Shown here piece after piece: positions 52,394 to 61,914 of a DNA stretch of 64,000 bases; within the stretch, counting starts at the first letter, position 1; every line of letters begins with the position of its first letter. Source of the DNA: an uncultured candidate division Zixibacteria bacterium (lineage in GTDB: Bacteria > Zixibacteria > MSB-5A5 > GN15 > PGXB01); the NCBI GenBank assembly GCA_963702205.1, contig OY969724.1, positions 288,001 through 352,000 of the forward strand, written 5' to 3'. Made by a program: the position numbers and the translations under genes. A model generated the notes under the pieces. That model was not told the origin of the DNA and ran no database searches. It was given only the letters and a program-made list of their open reading frames with translations.

Positions 52394-52513
52394 GAAAACA
52401 GGCATATTCAGACGAAATCAGACAAAAGAATATAAAAGATAAATTTCCGCTTAACATATTGACAATCATCATAATATGCTGATATTCAATAAGTTGACAC
52501 AAATTGGCTTGGA

Positions 52514-52531
52514 GAATCCCTGCCTCTCCGC
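52514..52531 (+). repeat. attR core (displaced tRNA-Ser 3' end, completed as ...CCGCCA)
   Basis: GAATCCCTGCCTCTCCGC identical to 21004-21021. Confidence 0.93.
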
Positions 52532-52554
52532 CATAATGGGGGATCGTATTTCGA

Positions 52555-53721
52555 ATGGAAATAATTCGTTTACTGATGACATTTGCAAACGCTTTAAAGG
52601 TATTTGAGACGTTTTTTATCACGCTATTTATTATCCACATTTCTGCGTCGGCGCCAAATGCAAGAGAGTCGATTTATTTAATTTATGGTCAGATCGGGAC
52701 AGATTTGTATCAAGGGATGCCTTTTCCGACAGAAATTTATAAATATGATACTACAAATCATTCGCTGGTGAAACTGTGGGCCACAAAAGAACATGATAGA
52801 ACCACCAATTTATTGAACCTTCCCGAATTAGGTAAGCTCGTCATCTACGAAAATAACAATGTATTTAAAATATTCGATTACTGGCATATGCCTGAATATG
52901 ACTCACTTGATCTGAGGCGCATGGGTCCGCTTAATGACCGATGCTATTATTTACACAGCAAAAAAAATAATGATCTGATTTTGATCCCCGACTATGATAT
53001 TGACCCCGTGAAAGGGCGCATTTTGGATGACAAGTATATCGATATTACTAACGGAAATGAATTGCATATCCGAGAAAATACTCTGAACGATTATGAAATG
53101 GTACCTGCAGGAATAATATCTCCTTTGGGAAACGGTACAGACAATATATGCACTATTAATATAGATTCATTAGGCGTTATTACCGCCAGATCGCTCATGA
53201 TCGATCTCGGATCCTATGTCGTCCCCAGTGATCTTATACAAACGAGCTCATCAAGGGGCTGGAATATTATAGCAAATGGGAATAATTATCTTGCGATATT
53301 ATCGGTACCCGAATTACATGGTTTATTCAATAGGGAGCTATTGATATACAATAAATTAAGTAGAAAATGGGCTTCAATTTTGATTCCGGGTGCAAGAACA
53401 GCGCCGACAATTGTAAACAATTTCCTTGCCGGTATTATTTCTGGAGTCGAGCCAAATACTTACGATGAGCTTCTAATTGGTAACCCGCCAAAATTAAGTG
53501 ACAGCACTGTGATTATCAACCCTATGACAGCGGTACAATTTACGGTAAAGCTTGGCGAGGATTCAGAAGTACTTTGGATCGAAAATTCTACTGCCTATTA
53601 TAGAGCAGGCAATTCATTGTTTACAGCCCAGATACAGGACAATAGCTTTGTAAATAAGCAACTAATTTTAAAAGATGAAAAAATAAAGCATATTCATTGG
53701 GTTTTTATGAATGACCAATGA
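52555..53721 (+). CDS. Hypothetical, probably secreted, AT-rich protein
   Basis: 388-aa ORF with an N-terminal hydrophobic segment; start uncertain. Confidence 0.7.
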   Translation: MEIIRLLMTFANALKVFETFFITLFIIHISASAPNARESIYLIYGQIGTDLYQGMPFPTEIYKYDTTNHSLVKLWATKEHDRTTNLLNLPELGKLVIYENNNVFKIFDYWHMPEYDSLDLRRMGPLNDRCYYLHSKKNNDLILIPDYDIDPVKGRILDDKYIDITNGNELHIRENTLNDYEMVPAGIISPLGNGTDNICTINIDSLGVITARSLMIDLGSYVVPSDLIQTSSSRGWNIIANGNNYLAILSVPELHGLFNRELLIYNKLSRKWASILIPGARTAPTIVNNFLAGIISGVEPNTYDELLIGNPPKLSDSTVIINPMTAVQFTVKLGEDSEVLWIENSTAYYRAGNSLFTAQIQDNSFVNKQLILKDEKIKHIHWVFMNDQ

Positions 53722-53810
53722 TACAGTACAAGGGGAAAGTGGTCCGACATTGCATGGCAAGGTGGAAATAAAGTAATCCGACAAGGAATGGCGGAGTACC
53801 TCAATATAAT

Positions 53811-54287
53811 ATGAATAAAAAGGCTGCCAATAATGGTTCATTAATAAAGGATATGACAAAAATATTACCATACGATCCTGGCGTTTTACCTACTGCTCAT
53901 GCTCCAAAAAAAGGTAGTCTCATAATTATTAAAGTCGATGGGTATCCACCATATAAGGATAGACATTTCTCGATCAGGAATTCAAAGCATAAAATTCACA
54001 AGAGATTTAAGTTATTGCGCCAAAACGCGGTCGAATGCATGAATGGACGAGCTCCATATAGAGAGGCCATTGGGCTAGATATAATTATGTATGCGCCTGG
54101 ATTTGAAACTCCAAAATCGATGCTAGACTACGTTGGAGGTATAATGGATTCTCTAGACGGATCACATGGCGTCAATTTTACCTACCTGCCAATTGTCTAT
54201 GAGGACGATTGTCAGATTGCCTCGCGCACAAGCCAAATTGTAATATCCAACGATACCAAATACGAAATAATCCTAAAGTTCTTATAA
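53811..54287 (+). CDS. RusA-like endonuclease-fold protein
   Basis: LDYVGGIMDSLDG...IVYEDDCQI resembles the RusA D.L.G...DD.Q motif. Confidence 0.55.
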   Translation: MNKKAANNGSLIKDMTKILPYDPGVLPTAHAPKKGSLIIIKVDGYPPYKDRHFSIRNSKHKIHKRFKLLRQNAVECMNGRAPYREAIGLDIIMYAPGFETPKSMLDYVGGIMDSLDGSHGVNFTYLPIVYEDDCQIASRTSQIVISNDTKYEIILKFL

Positions 54288-54301
54288 TGATCGGTTCCAT
54301 G

Positions 54302-54330
54302 TTTGTCAGGAGCCGTGCGCTCCTGACAAA
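54302..54330. terminator. Perfect 12-bp hairpin between convergent genes
   Basis: TTTGTCAGGAGC-cgtgc-GCTCCTGACAAA. Confidence 0.6.
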
Positions 54331-54340
54331 TAATCCTTCG

Positions 54341-55306
54341 TCAAACAACAATGACCACTTTTCCCCGGGTGTGGCCTTCTTCGACATGCTTGATCGCGTC
54401 AGGAGTTTCATTCAAGCTGTATTTCTTATCAATAATTGGTACGATCTTTTTGTTTTCCAGATGTTCCTTCAGATATGCCAGGGACGATTGGTTGATGTTC
54501 GCTATGAACGATACCATCTTCTTTCCCTTCATCTTCGCAATAAGGGGGTTGAAAATCAGCGATCCGAGGACGCTCGCCGTGGATGACGACCCGCCCACCG
54601 GGACATATATCCCGGCCGCTTTCAGCGCCTGCAGAGGCTTGCGCACAGAATAGTAAGCCGCATTATCGACGATCAGATCATATTTTTCTTCGCGCAGCCA
54701 ATAGTCTTCTTTCGTGTAGTCAATCACCTCGTCCGCACCGATGGACCGAACCATATCCGCGTTTCGTCCGCTGCAGACGCCTGTCACATGAGCCCCCAGC
54801 GCTTTGGCTATCTGTACTGCGAACGTCCCGACCCCGCCCGATGCGCCGTTGATCAAGACGTGCTGCCCGGATTGGAGCCGTCCCTTATCGCGAAGCGCCT
54901 GCAGTGCCGTGATGCCGGCGACCGGTGCGGCCGCCGCCTCTTCAAATGACACGCCCTCCGGCTTTGACACCGCGCTGTCTTCACGAATACACACAAACTC
55001 CGCGAATCCTCCCAGGCCGGAGCCAAAGACCTCGTCACCGACTTTGAATTGAGTCACGTCTTTGCCGACGGCTTCGACCGTACCGGCCACGTCGGCCCCC
55101 AGTACCTGGTGCTTCGGCTTCAAAATTCCGAAACCCATCAGGCGAACCAGAAAGGGTTCGCCGCGCAGGACGTGCCAATCCAGAGGATTGACCGACGCCG
55201 CGCGCACTTTGACAAGCAGTTGATGATTTTTTGGAACAGGCTTTTCGATTTCTTTCAGCTCAAGAATATCGGCGGACCCGTATGCGTCGCGAACAATCGC
55301 CTTCAT
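54341..55306 (-). CDS. NAD(P)-dependent MDR-family oxidoreductase (quinone reductase/alcohol dehydrogenase-like)
   Basis: AASVNPLD, GADVAG.VEAVG, INGASGGVGTFAVQIAK, GHTRGKVVI; ATG 55306 with GGAGG RBS. Confidence 0.92.
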   Translation of the reverse strand: MKAIVRDAYGSADILELKEIEKPVPKNHQLLVKVRAASVNPLDWHVLRGEPFLVRLMGFGILKPKHQVLGADVAGTVEAVGKDVTQFKVGDEVFGSGLGGFAEFVCIREDSAVSKPEGVSFEEAAAAPVAGITALQALRDKGRLQSGQHVLINGASGGVGTFAVQIAKALGAHVTGVCSGRNADMVRSIGADEVIDYTKEDYWLREEKYDLIVDNAAYYSVRKPLQALKAAGIYVPVGGSSSTASVLGSLIFNPLIAKMKGKKMVSFIANINQSSLAYLKEHLENKKIVPIIDKKYSLNETPDAIKHVEEGHTRGKVVIVV

Positions 55307-55539
55307 CGGACACCTCCAATTTGATAAACAATATAGCAATCACAGCAATTTGAAAACAAGATCAATGATGCGCTTCAAACAATCATTACGATATGAAAAG
55401 AAAAAAGTTTTGTCCGTCAAAATAGTGTTTGCAAAACTCCGCCTTCCCGCTTTTAATATATTAAGATGCAATAAGTGACTTATCCGGGTATGCGGGATAA
55501 TAGAGTGAACATAAATGACAAGCTTTCCAGACAACCAAC

Positions 55540-55959
55540 TTGGGGCAAATTTCGATGAAATCTCAAAATGACTCGATGCTCATCGCCCAGTGCGGGATGA
55601 ATTGCGGGATCTGTGCCGCGTATTTAAGAACCAAAAATAAATGTTTCGGTTGCAAAATATCGGACGTCGGCAAAACCGAAGCCCGGCTTAGATGCAAGAT
55701 TTTAAATTGCGGCGTTTCCGGTGCCGATAAAGTAGAATTTTGTTTTCAGTGCGATGCTTTCCCCTGCGATAAAATAAAACACCTTGATAAAAGATACCGG
55801 ACCAAGTACGCCATGAGCATGATCGAAAATCTTCTCGATATCAAGGAGCTCGGTATCAGGAAATTCCTGGCCAATGAACATAAAAGATGGCTCTGCCCGC
55901 GCTGCGGCGGAACCATTTGCGTCCATAAAGGCTATTGTCTTACCTGCGGAAAGCTATAG
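55540..55959 (+). CDS. Cysteine-rich DUF3795-like protein
   Basis: CGMNCGIC, C.GC, FCFQC..FPC, CPRCGG..C; start may be the ATG at 55555. Confidence 0.8.
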   Translation: MGQISMKSQNDSMLIAQCGMNCGICAAYLRTKNKCFGCKISDVGKTEARLRCKILNCGVSGADKVEFCFQCDAFPCDKIKHLDKRYRTKYAMSMIENLLDIKELGIRKFLANEHKRWLCPRCGGTICVHKGYCLTCGKL

Positions 55960-56287
55960 GTTCATAAAGCACATTTTGACCGGGGCGGCCCGACAATATA
56001 TGTCGCATTTCTTTAAGTCAGTCTAATTTTTAGGTTAGTCGCAGACCCGAATTATCAGATCAACTATCGTATTCTTAATATGAACATTCCGACAAAAATC
56101 CTACCGGCGGGTCTGGCTCCGAATATTAAGGTCGACAAATCCAGGGATCTTAGAAACGAACACTCTCCATAAAGCCCTTCATCTTCTCTCCTATCCAGGA
56201 CGTAACTTTCTTTATATTTCTTACACCGACCGGGGAAGTTGTGGGTAAGTCATATATACTAAAATCGTGCACGAAAGGATCGTTAAT

Positions 56288-56827
56288 ATGAAAACTTCGA
56301 AAAAAGTACAATCATTCTTGCTTCCCGCTGTCTTGCTGCTGATCGGCATTATTTATTACGGATGCAGCAACAAGGCGAAAACACAAACTAATACCGACAA
56401 AACCGAAACACAAACCGTCACCGCCGATGCCGACACGGTTAAATTAGAAATAGCCGGAAATGACCAGATGCAATATGATAAGAAAGAGCTGCGGGCAAAA
56501 GCGGGAGCTGAAGTGGAACTTACTTTGAAACATGTCGGGTCGTTGCCCAAAGCCGCCATGGGCCACAATTGGACTTTATTGAAACCGGGCGTTGACATGG
56601 CGAAATTCGCCCAGGACGCTATGACCGCCAAAGACAACGACTATATTCCGCCCAGCCGTACCGGAGATATCATCGCTCATACAAAACTGCTCGGTGGCGG
56701 TGAATCCGACACGATTTATTTTAAAGCGCCGCCAATCGGGACCTATACTTTCATGTGTACTTTCCCCGCTCATTATATGACTATGCACGGGAATTTTATT
56801 GTCGGGAATACTGCACCATCAGAGTGA
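56288..56827 (+). CDS. azu: Azurin (blue copper protein), lipoprotein-anchored
   Basis: Lipobox-like YGC; NDQMQYD, MGHNW, IAHTKLLGGGESD, CTFPAHYMTM (His/Cys/His/Met ligands). Confidence 0.92.
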   Translation: MKTSKKVQSFLLPAVLLLIGIIYYGCSNKAKTQTNTDKTETQTVTADADTVKLEIAGNDQMQYDKKELRAKAGAEVELTLKHVGSLPKAAMGHNWTLLKPGVDMAKFAQDAMTAKDNDYIPPSRTGDIIAHTKLLGGGESDTIYFKAPPIGTYTFMCTFPAHYMTMHGNFIVGNTAPSE

Positions 56828-56970
56828 TAATCAGGATAGCGCGGCTTCCGGGGTTCGTTGAAAATGGCTGCCGGGTCATGCGTCCCGATGAATCGGGATG
56901 CACGACCTGACAGAACGGATGAGGTTTTGAGATACCAAAACCACGCGAAAGTACGCGCTGTCACAGCACG

Positions 56971-59478
56971 TTACACCCCAACCTCCACTTTGACCTGCAC
57001 ATTTCGCGGGCGTCCGTAGGACGCACCGCTGAAGAAAGCACCCTTTAGGATATACTTGCTGTCGAAGACGTTCCCCACGTACACCTGCGGCCGGACGATT
57101 GTATTGCCGAACAGGAAGGAATATCCGGCGCTGGCGTTGAAGATAAAATTGGGGTCGACGTGGATGCTTCGGTTGAAGTCGAAAAGCCCGGTGCCGATTG
57201 GATTTTCGATATCGGCGCCATTGGTTAATCCGCTGCCATAGATGCCAGTTGCGCTGACAAACAGGCGATTCAGCGAATAAGTGGCGGAGGCCACCATTGA
57301 AATACGCTGGTCGTGGTCAAGATCGAACCATCCTCCGGGAACGTCGGCGACGTCGGTGGGGAAAAAACCTCCGGTAATCGGCCCACTGCCGTACGCATGG
57401 CACAGGGCGAAGTTCAGATAGCCCGAAAGCGGCCCCGGTGGCCGCACTTCGGCGACGAATTCCAACCCCGTAATCCGTACCCGTGCCAGATTGACGGAGG
57501 TCGTAATCGCGGATCCCGGCACGCTATTGTCGTCGATTCCGGGCAGGCTGGATTTGTAGTACATAGAAATTTTTGTCAATACCCCGGCCGGAAAACGATG
57601 AATAAAACCCGCTTCAAAAAAATCATCACGTTCCGGAAGCGTCGGTGAAGTAACCACTCCCGAATCGGCGACACTCGTGATTGCCCGAAGGTCCTCGACG
57701 TTGGTCGGGACAAAAAGTCGGCCATAGTACAAATAGATAGTGCTGGCCGGATTTGGAAACAGGCTCAACTTAAAGCGCGGGCTGAGTTGATTCTGACTCG
57801 GCGCGAATGGCGCTTTGTGTACATCATAGCGCAAGCCGGTGCGAATTTCGGTCCATTCATAGGGCGCCCAGACGGTTTGCGCATAGGCGGCAAAGTCATG
57901 CCCGTTCAAGTCGGAATTGGAAACGGGGCCGTTGTTACCGTCGGCGTCGGCGGTCGTAAAAAGCTCGTGTCCGCTCGTTACGGATCCGGTAAGACCGATC
58001 TTGAACTCGGTTTTATGGGCCGGACGCCAGCGGTAGTCCAGCTTTAATCCCTGGATGTCGAAGGAGCGATCCTCGCTCAGGTTGTATGGCGTCGTGTCCG
58101 GATAGAAAATGAACGATGGGTCATCGTAAGCACCAGGCGAATAAACCAGGCTTCCGTGCCTGTAAAAGGCCCCCGCGAATAATTCCGATCCGCGTTCCTG
58201 GCCGGACTCGTCGACTCTGAATTGATGCCGCCAGCTCAGGTTGATAAAGCTATTTACATCTTTTTGGTGATCGTCGGAATGAATATCCCCGGTCGAATCG
58301 TACGGAATCTGGAACTTCGTTTGCGAAAGATTCGCGTCGAGATACAATAAGTCCCGGGATGAGGGAATGTATTGGAGCTTGCCAAATCCCGAGAAATCTT
58401 TGCCATAATTGTGGAAATTAACCGGCGCTTTCGTAACCGAGTCGCCGACGACGGGTTCTTGTCGCATCATCGTCTCCTGGCGACTACCGGAGATCAGCCA
58501 CCCCCATTGTCCCATATTCTTGCTAAGGTTGACAGCCTGGCCGTCGCTGCCATTGGAACCGGCATATGACGAGAAATCGGCGCGACCCGTCGGGATGCGG
58601 GTCAGGACGTTTATTATAGCGGCATTCTTGCCTCCGTATTCCGCGTCCCACCCTCCGGTCTGGAAATCAATCCGATTAACCATAGCCGGATCGAACAACT
58701 CGTTGAGGCTGCCCGAAATCCCGGATGGAACCGGAACGCCGTCCACATAGTACGTGTACTCCGCATGCTGCCCCCTTATGTGCACTTCGCCGGTAGGCGC
58801 CCGGGCGGCACCCGCGATCGATTCCTGGAGAATCTGAGAAGTCGTATTGACCGGAGCGCCGTGGTATTCGTTCTGCTGAAACACCTGGTCGCCGGTTCTC
58901 GTATCGACGGCGACCGGAGCGTGGGCGGTAACCTTGATGGACTCAAGCGTTATGGCCGCCTGTTTCAGGCGGAAGGCGACCGATGTTATTTCAGTTCCAG
59001 AAACAATCTTCACGGTTAGCGTTTCGGGCTGGAACCCGACAAAACTCGCCACCGCCGAGTACGTTCCCGGAGTCAGATTGTGAATTGTGAAATGGCCGAA
59101 TTGATCGCTTGGAACGCAGACAATTTGTCGACCGTCGCGATTGATGCAGATATCAACTCCTTCGAACGGGGTGGCGCTCGAACTGTCCGTGACGGTACCG
59201 GCGAGATTGCCGGGGTCGGATCCGCCGTCGGCCAACTTCGTGTCCTTCGATTTGGAAGTCGTTGCCGATGCCAATAGCGCAGCGGAATCCGAATTCACAG
59301 GCCGGGAATGCCGCAGAGACTGTGCCGGTGCGGCCGTCGGCATGAAACCATAGCCGGTAAACAAGATCAGTACTGCAATTAAGCAGCGTCGACAGGAAAT
59401 CGTGATTCTATTCATCCTGGAGTTATCCTTTCTAACTATTTCTCGCCATACCGAATCAGACCGCTCCAATATTGGCAC
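56971..59478 (-). CDS. TonB-dependent receptor with N-terminal carboxypeptidase-regulatory-like domain
   Basis: G.VTDS...F...NL.PGTY...SFVGF; plug HIRGQH..Y.VDGVP and GGWDAEYG; barrel GLRYD, SPRF, DHDQR; C-terminal GRPRNVQVKVEVGV. Start uncertain. Confidence 0.9.
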   Translation of the reverse strand: MPILERSDSVWREIVRKDNSRMNRITISCRRCLIAVLILFTGYGFMPTAAPAQSLRHSRPVNSDSAALLASATTSKSKDTKLADGGSDPGNLAGTVTDSSSATPFEGVDICINRDGRQIVCVPSDQFGHFTIHNLTPGTYSAVASFVGFQPETLTVKIVSGTEITSVAFRLKQAAITLESIKVTAHAPVAVDTRTGDQVFQQNEYHGAPVNTTSQILQESIAGAARAPTGEVHIRGQHAEYTYYVDGVPVPSGISGSLNELFDPAMVNRIDFQTGGWDAEYGGKNAAIINVLTRIPTGRADFSSYAGSNGSDGQAVNLSKNMGQWGWLISGSRQETMMRQEPVVGDSVTKAPVNFHNYGKDFSGFGKLQYIPSSRDLLYLDANLSQTKFQIPYDSTGDIHSDDHQKDVNSFINLSWRHQFRVDESGQERGSELFAGAFYRHGSLVYSPGAYDDPSFIFYPDTTPYNLSEDRSFDIQGLKLDYRWRPAHKTEFKIGLTGSVTSGHELFTTADADGNNGPVSNSDLNGHDFAAYAQTVWAPYEWTEIRTGLRYDVHKAPFAPSQNQLSPRFKLSLFPNPASTIYLYYGRLFVPTNVEDLRAITSVADSGVVTSPTLPERDDFFEAGFIHRFPAGVLTKISMYYKSSLPGIDDNSVPGSAITTSVNLARVRITGLEFVAEVRPPGPLSGYLNFALCHAYGSGPITGGFFPTDVADVPGGWFDLDHDQRISMVASATYSLNRLFVSATGIYGSGLTNGADIENPIGTGLFDFNRSIHVDPNFIFNASAGYSFLFGNTIVRPQVYVGNVFDSKYILKGAFFSGASYGRPRNVQVKVEVGV

Positions 59479-59594
59479 GCGCGGAGGTATGTTTGATACA
59501 ACATGACACCGCGTACAGTAACATCATTCCGGAACGCAGCCAGGTTCGATCCTGTCGATCCGTGCAGGCAAGAGGTAATGATTAAAAATGCTGA

Positions 59595-59954
59595 TTAGAC
59601 AGTCAGAAAGGTAGCGGGCGGGGCACGAAGCAGCGCCGACGATCTAAAGGTCGAAATCGGAAACGACCCTGCTATTGGAGTCAACGCAAACGAAACCGTG
59701 GAGATCAGCGGCAGGGTGCTGTGTATCGGCCAGCCCCCCAACTCACCCTGGGTCCGGCAGAACTGGCAAGTGTTTGAGTCGTGACCGGGCTCTCCCCTGA
59801 CCTCATCCGATTGGCAGAAATAGTCCCGTGTCGAATATGATGACGGTTCATGCGTGAGAACGTGGGCCGGAAGCAGCCAGACGAAAAACAGCGCCAGGTA
59901 GATTGATATGACCCGCCTTAAGAATTTGTCAAAACTACGAAAAGACTTTATCAA
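59595..59954 (-). CDS. DUF2946-like leader protein (TM, His, CxxC, C-terminal RAPP)
   Basis: VISIYLALFFVWLLPAHVLTH...HDSNTCQFC...LLRAPPATFLTV directly upstream of the TonB receptor; start uncertain (TTG 59954 or ATG 60008). Confidence 0.75.
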   Translation of the reverse strand: MIKSFRSFDKFLRRVISIYLALFFVWLLPAHVLTHEPSSYSTRDYFCQSDEVRGEPGHDSNTCQFCRTQGELGGWPIHSTLPLISTVSFALTPIAGSFPISTFRSSALLRAPPATFLTV

Positions 59955-60012
59955 GTTCGATCTTCGGCCCTTTGAGGAGACCTGTAATTGAAGGGATTTG
60001 AGAAACATATCT

Positions 60013-60399
60013 TCAGTCGCCCGCCTTACCATCGGGCATCGAGGTGCTCGGGGAGGAAAAAATTTCTCGGTGACCGTCCGGGTAGAGCACAGCAAATTCC
60101 CGTAAACCGTACCAGTAGTCCTCGGGGCCCCATTCAACCGTCACCTGGTTTTCGAGCCTGTGGAATCCAGAAGAGGCGTCCTCCACCGCGAGCCAAACGG
60201 TCATGGTCCCCAATGGATGATGACTATCGGCTTCGACAAGTTGAAGTCTGACGTCGTCTTTTTTCAAAATCATAAACGACTTATTTGACGCGGTGTCGGC
60301 ATCAGCGGAAGAAAGGCCGGGAAATCCGCAGTAGAACTTGTACGATTCGGCTATGTCGGAGAGCGGGAGACGTGGTACAATATCCAGTAGTTTTGTCAT
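60013..60399 (-). CDS. VOC/glyoxalase/bleomycin-resistance family protein
   Basis: P.L..SDI..S..FY, WLAVEDA, P....YGLREF.V..PDGH. Confidence 0.75.
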   Translation of the reverse strand: MTKLLDIVPRLPLSDIAESYKFYCGFPGLSSADADTASNKSFMILKKDDVRLQLVEADSHHPLGTMTVWLAVEDASSGFHRLENQVTVEWGPEDYWYGLREFAVLYPDGHREIFSSPSTSMPDGKAGD

Positions 60400-60495
60400 A
60401 TTCGATTCCGTTTGTTCATTTCGGGTTATTATCTTTATACGTAATCGGGAAACCCAATCGCAATATTTGGAAAAATCCGCGTGCCTGATGGATAA

Positions 60496-60523
60496 AAACC
60501 CGAATCAAACTTGATCCGGGTTT
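60496..60523 (-). terminator. Probable terminator
   Basis: AAACCCGAATCAA / TTGATCCGGGTTT imperfect hairpin downstream of the 60551 gene. Confidence 0.55.
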
Positions 60524-60550
60524 GCAGATGAAACTATTTAATTCTATATA

Positions 60551-60931
60551 TTAGCCGGTTTTACCGGCGCCGACAACTTCACCAGCCGGGACATCATGAT
60601 AATCGAGAATCCTTTCGTTTTCCGGCATCGGGTGCGACACGTCAATCCCGTGGGCTTCGATCAGGATTTTATCCCTGAACCACTTGTCGAACGGGTCGTT
60701 CGATTTCAGGAGGGAGGCGAAGGCCTTCTGAGGATTGTCGCCGCCGATCATGACGACACACATGTCACCCTTCGGAGTGCGTTGCAGATAAACCTTTTCT
60801 TTCTTGATACCGGCCTTTCTCCGCGACGTTTTGTACTCCTCGAATCTCGGCCCGGTAATTTCCTTCACATAATTCTTCCAGGTTTCCGTCTTGCCCGCCG
60901 CGAGCGGCGCAGCAAAAAGATACGTGTTCAT
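60551..60931 (-). CDS. Hypothetical protein
   Basis: ATG 60931 with AGGAG RBS; SRRKAGI..E...LQ.TP.GD, PFDKWF, HGID pattern. Confidence 0.7.
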   Translation of the reverse strand: MNTYLFAAPLAAGKTETWKNYVKEITGPRFEEYKTSRRKAGIKKEKVYLQRTPKGDMCVVMIGGDNPQKAFASLLKSNDPFDKWFRDKILIEAHGIDVSHPMPENERILDYHDVPAGEVVGAGKTG

Positions 60932-61120
60932 AAACGCTCCTTGTTCATAGGTCAAGGTCAGTTCTGTTTGAGTAACTATATTGGCAAAACAAATTCGGTG
61001 TCGATATAGTTCCCGGTGCTAGATTTCTCCTGATTCCAACCGGTTTCTCTTCGTAAAGTACTGTGTCCTCGGAAAATCCGTAAACGGTGCGACGCCGCCC
61101 GGTAATGTCGATATGTTTGA

Positions 61121-61639
61121 CTATTTTATCAAATTGTACGAATTCCTGATGTAATCAATCATGCTATGGCCCGCCTTGTTTCGCTTTCTTAATTCGACAA
61201 TAATCACTGCGACAAGTGCAATCAACCATACCAAGACGCCGTACTTAAAGATGAACGACGTCAGGTATCTGACTCCGGACTGCGGCCACGCCGCCACGGG
61301 TTTGGCGTAAGACGTATTCGGCAGTCACTCTCCGTAGAAGGATTTCCTCCAGATCAGGTGCCACGGCGGAATTAGAATCGACAGGATCGACAGTACCCCT
61401 TCGAGATTAATTCTTCCCGCCCGCCAATCTCCCGGTACGGACAATAGCAGACTCAGGATTGTACTTATCACGGCCATTATGCCGTCGGGTCGGGCCCGTT
61501 ACACCGCCGTCGCGGTGCCCGTCATCGCCAGCCGCCATTTATAGGTCTGTGTATTGCCGGCGATTGCGACCACAAGCCAGGCCGAGAAACGGAAATTGAA
61601 CAGCGCCGTCTCCAGCCCCGAACTGGTCCAGGTCAGAAA
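61121..61639 (-). pseudogene. Decayed membrane glycosyltransferase (GT-C-like) fragment
   Basis: Manual translation: WTSSGLETALF ... AV*RARPDG ... WRKSFYGE*LPNTSYAK; two in-frame stops and no start. Confidence 0.6.
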
Positions 61640-61914
61640 TTTCGCAAGAAATTCGGGGCCTCCGGGCAAACGAGACAACCTAATTAACGAATCTTGTCAA
61701 TTTTGAAGTTGCGCCCCCTCGACAATTATTGCAAACTGATTTTGACAAAACTGCCGTATCTGCATTTCGATGTCGACGAAATCGAACGCATCCCGAAAGG
61801 CCGGAAAGTGTTTGATTTATTCGCAAGCGTTGTGTATACTTCTCAATCGCCGGGCGAAAGATAACTCGGTTTTGATACGTTGTAGGGTCTTTGAAAAAGC
61901 TTGGGTAAGGACTT

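Larger units (their letters stand above)
21004..52531. mobile_element. ~31.5-kb tRNA-Ser-integrated element (integrase, excisionase, primase-type replicon, cargo)
   Basis: 18-bp direct repeats at both ends, adjacent tyrosine integrase, xis and primase module, and visibly lower GC than the left flank. Confidence 0.92.

Noticed and set aside
21004..52531. Prophage or conjugative ICE
   Set aside because: No recognisable capsid, terminase, tail, lysis, relaxase or T4SS genes.
54302..54330. REP element or MITE
   Set aside because: Only one copy seen in the window, and its position between convergent genes fits a terminator.
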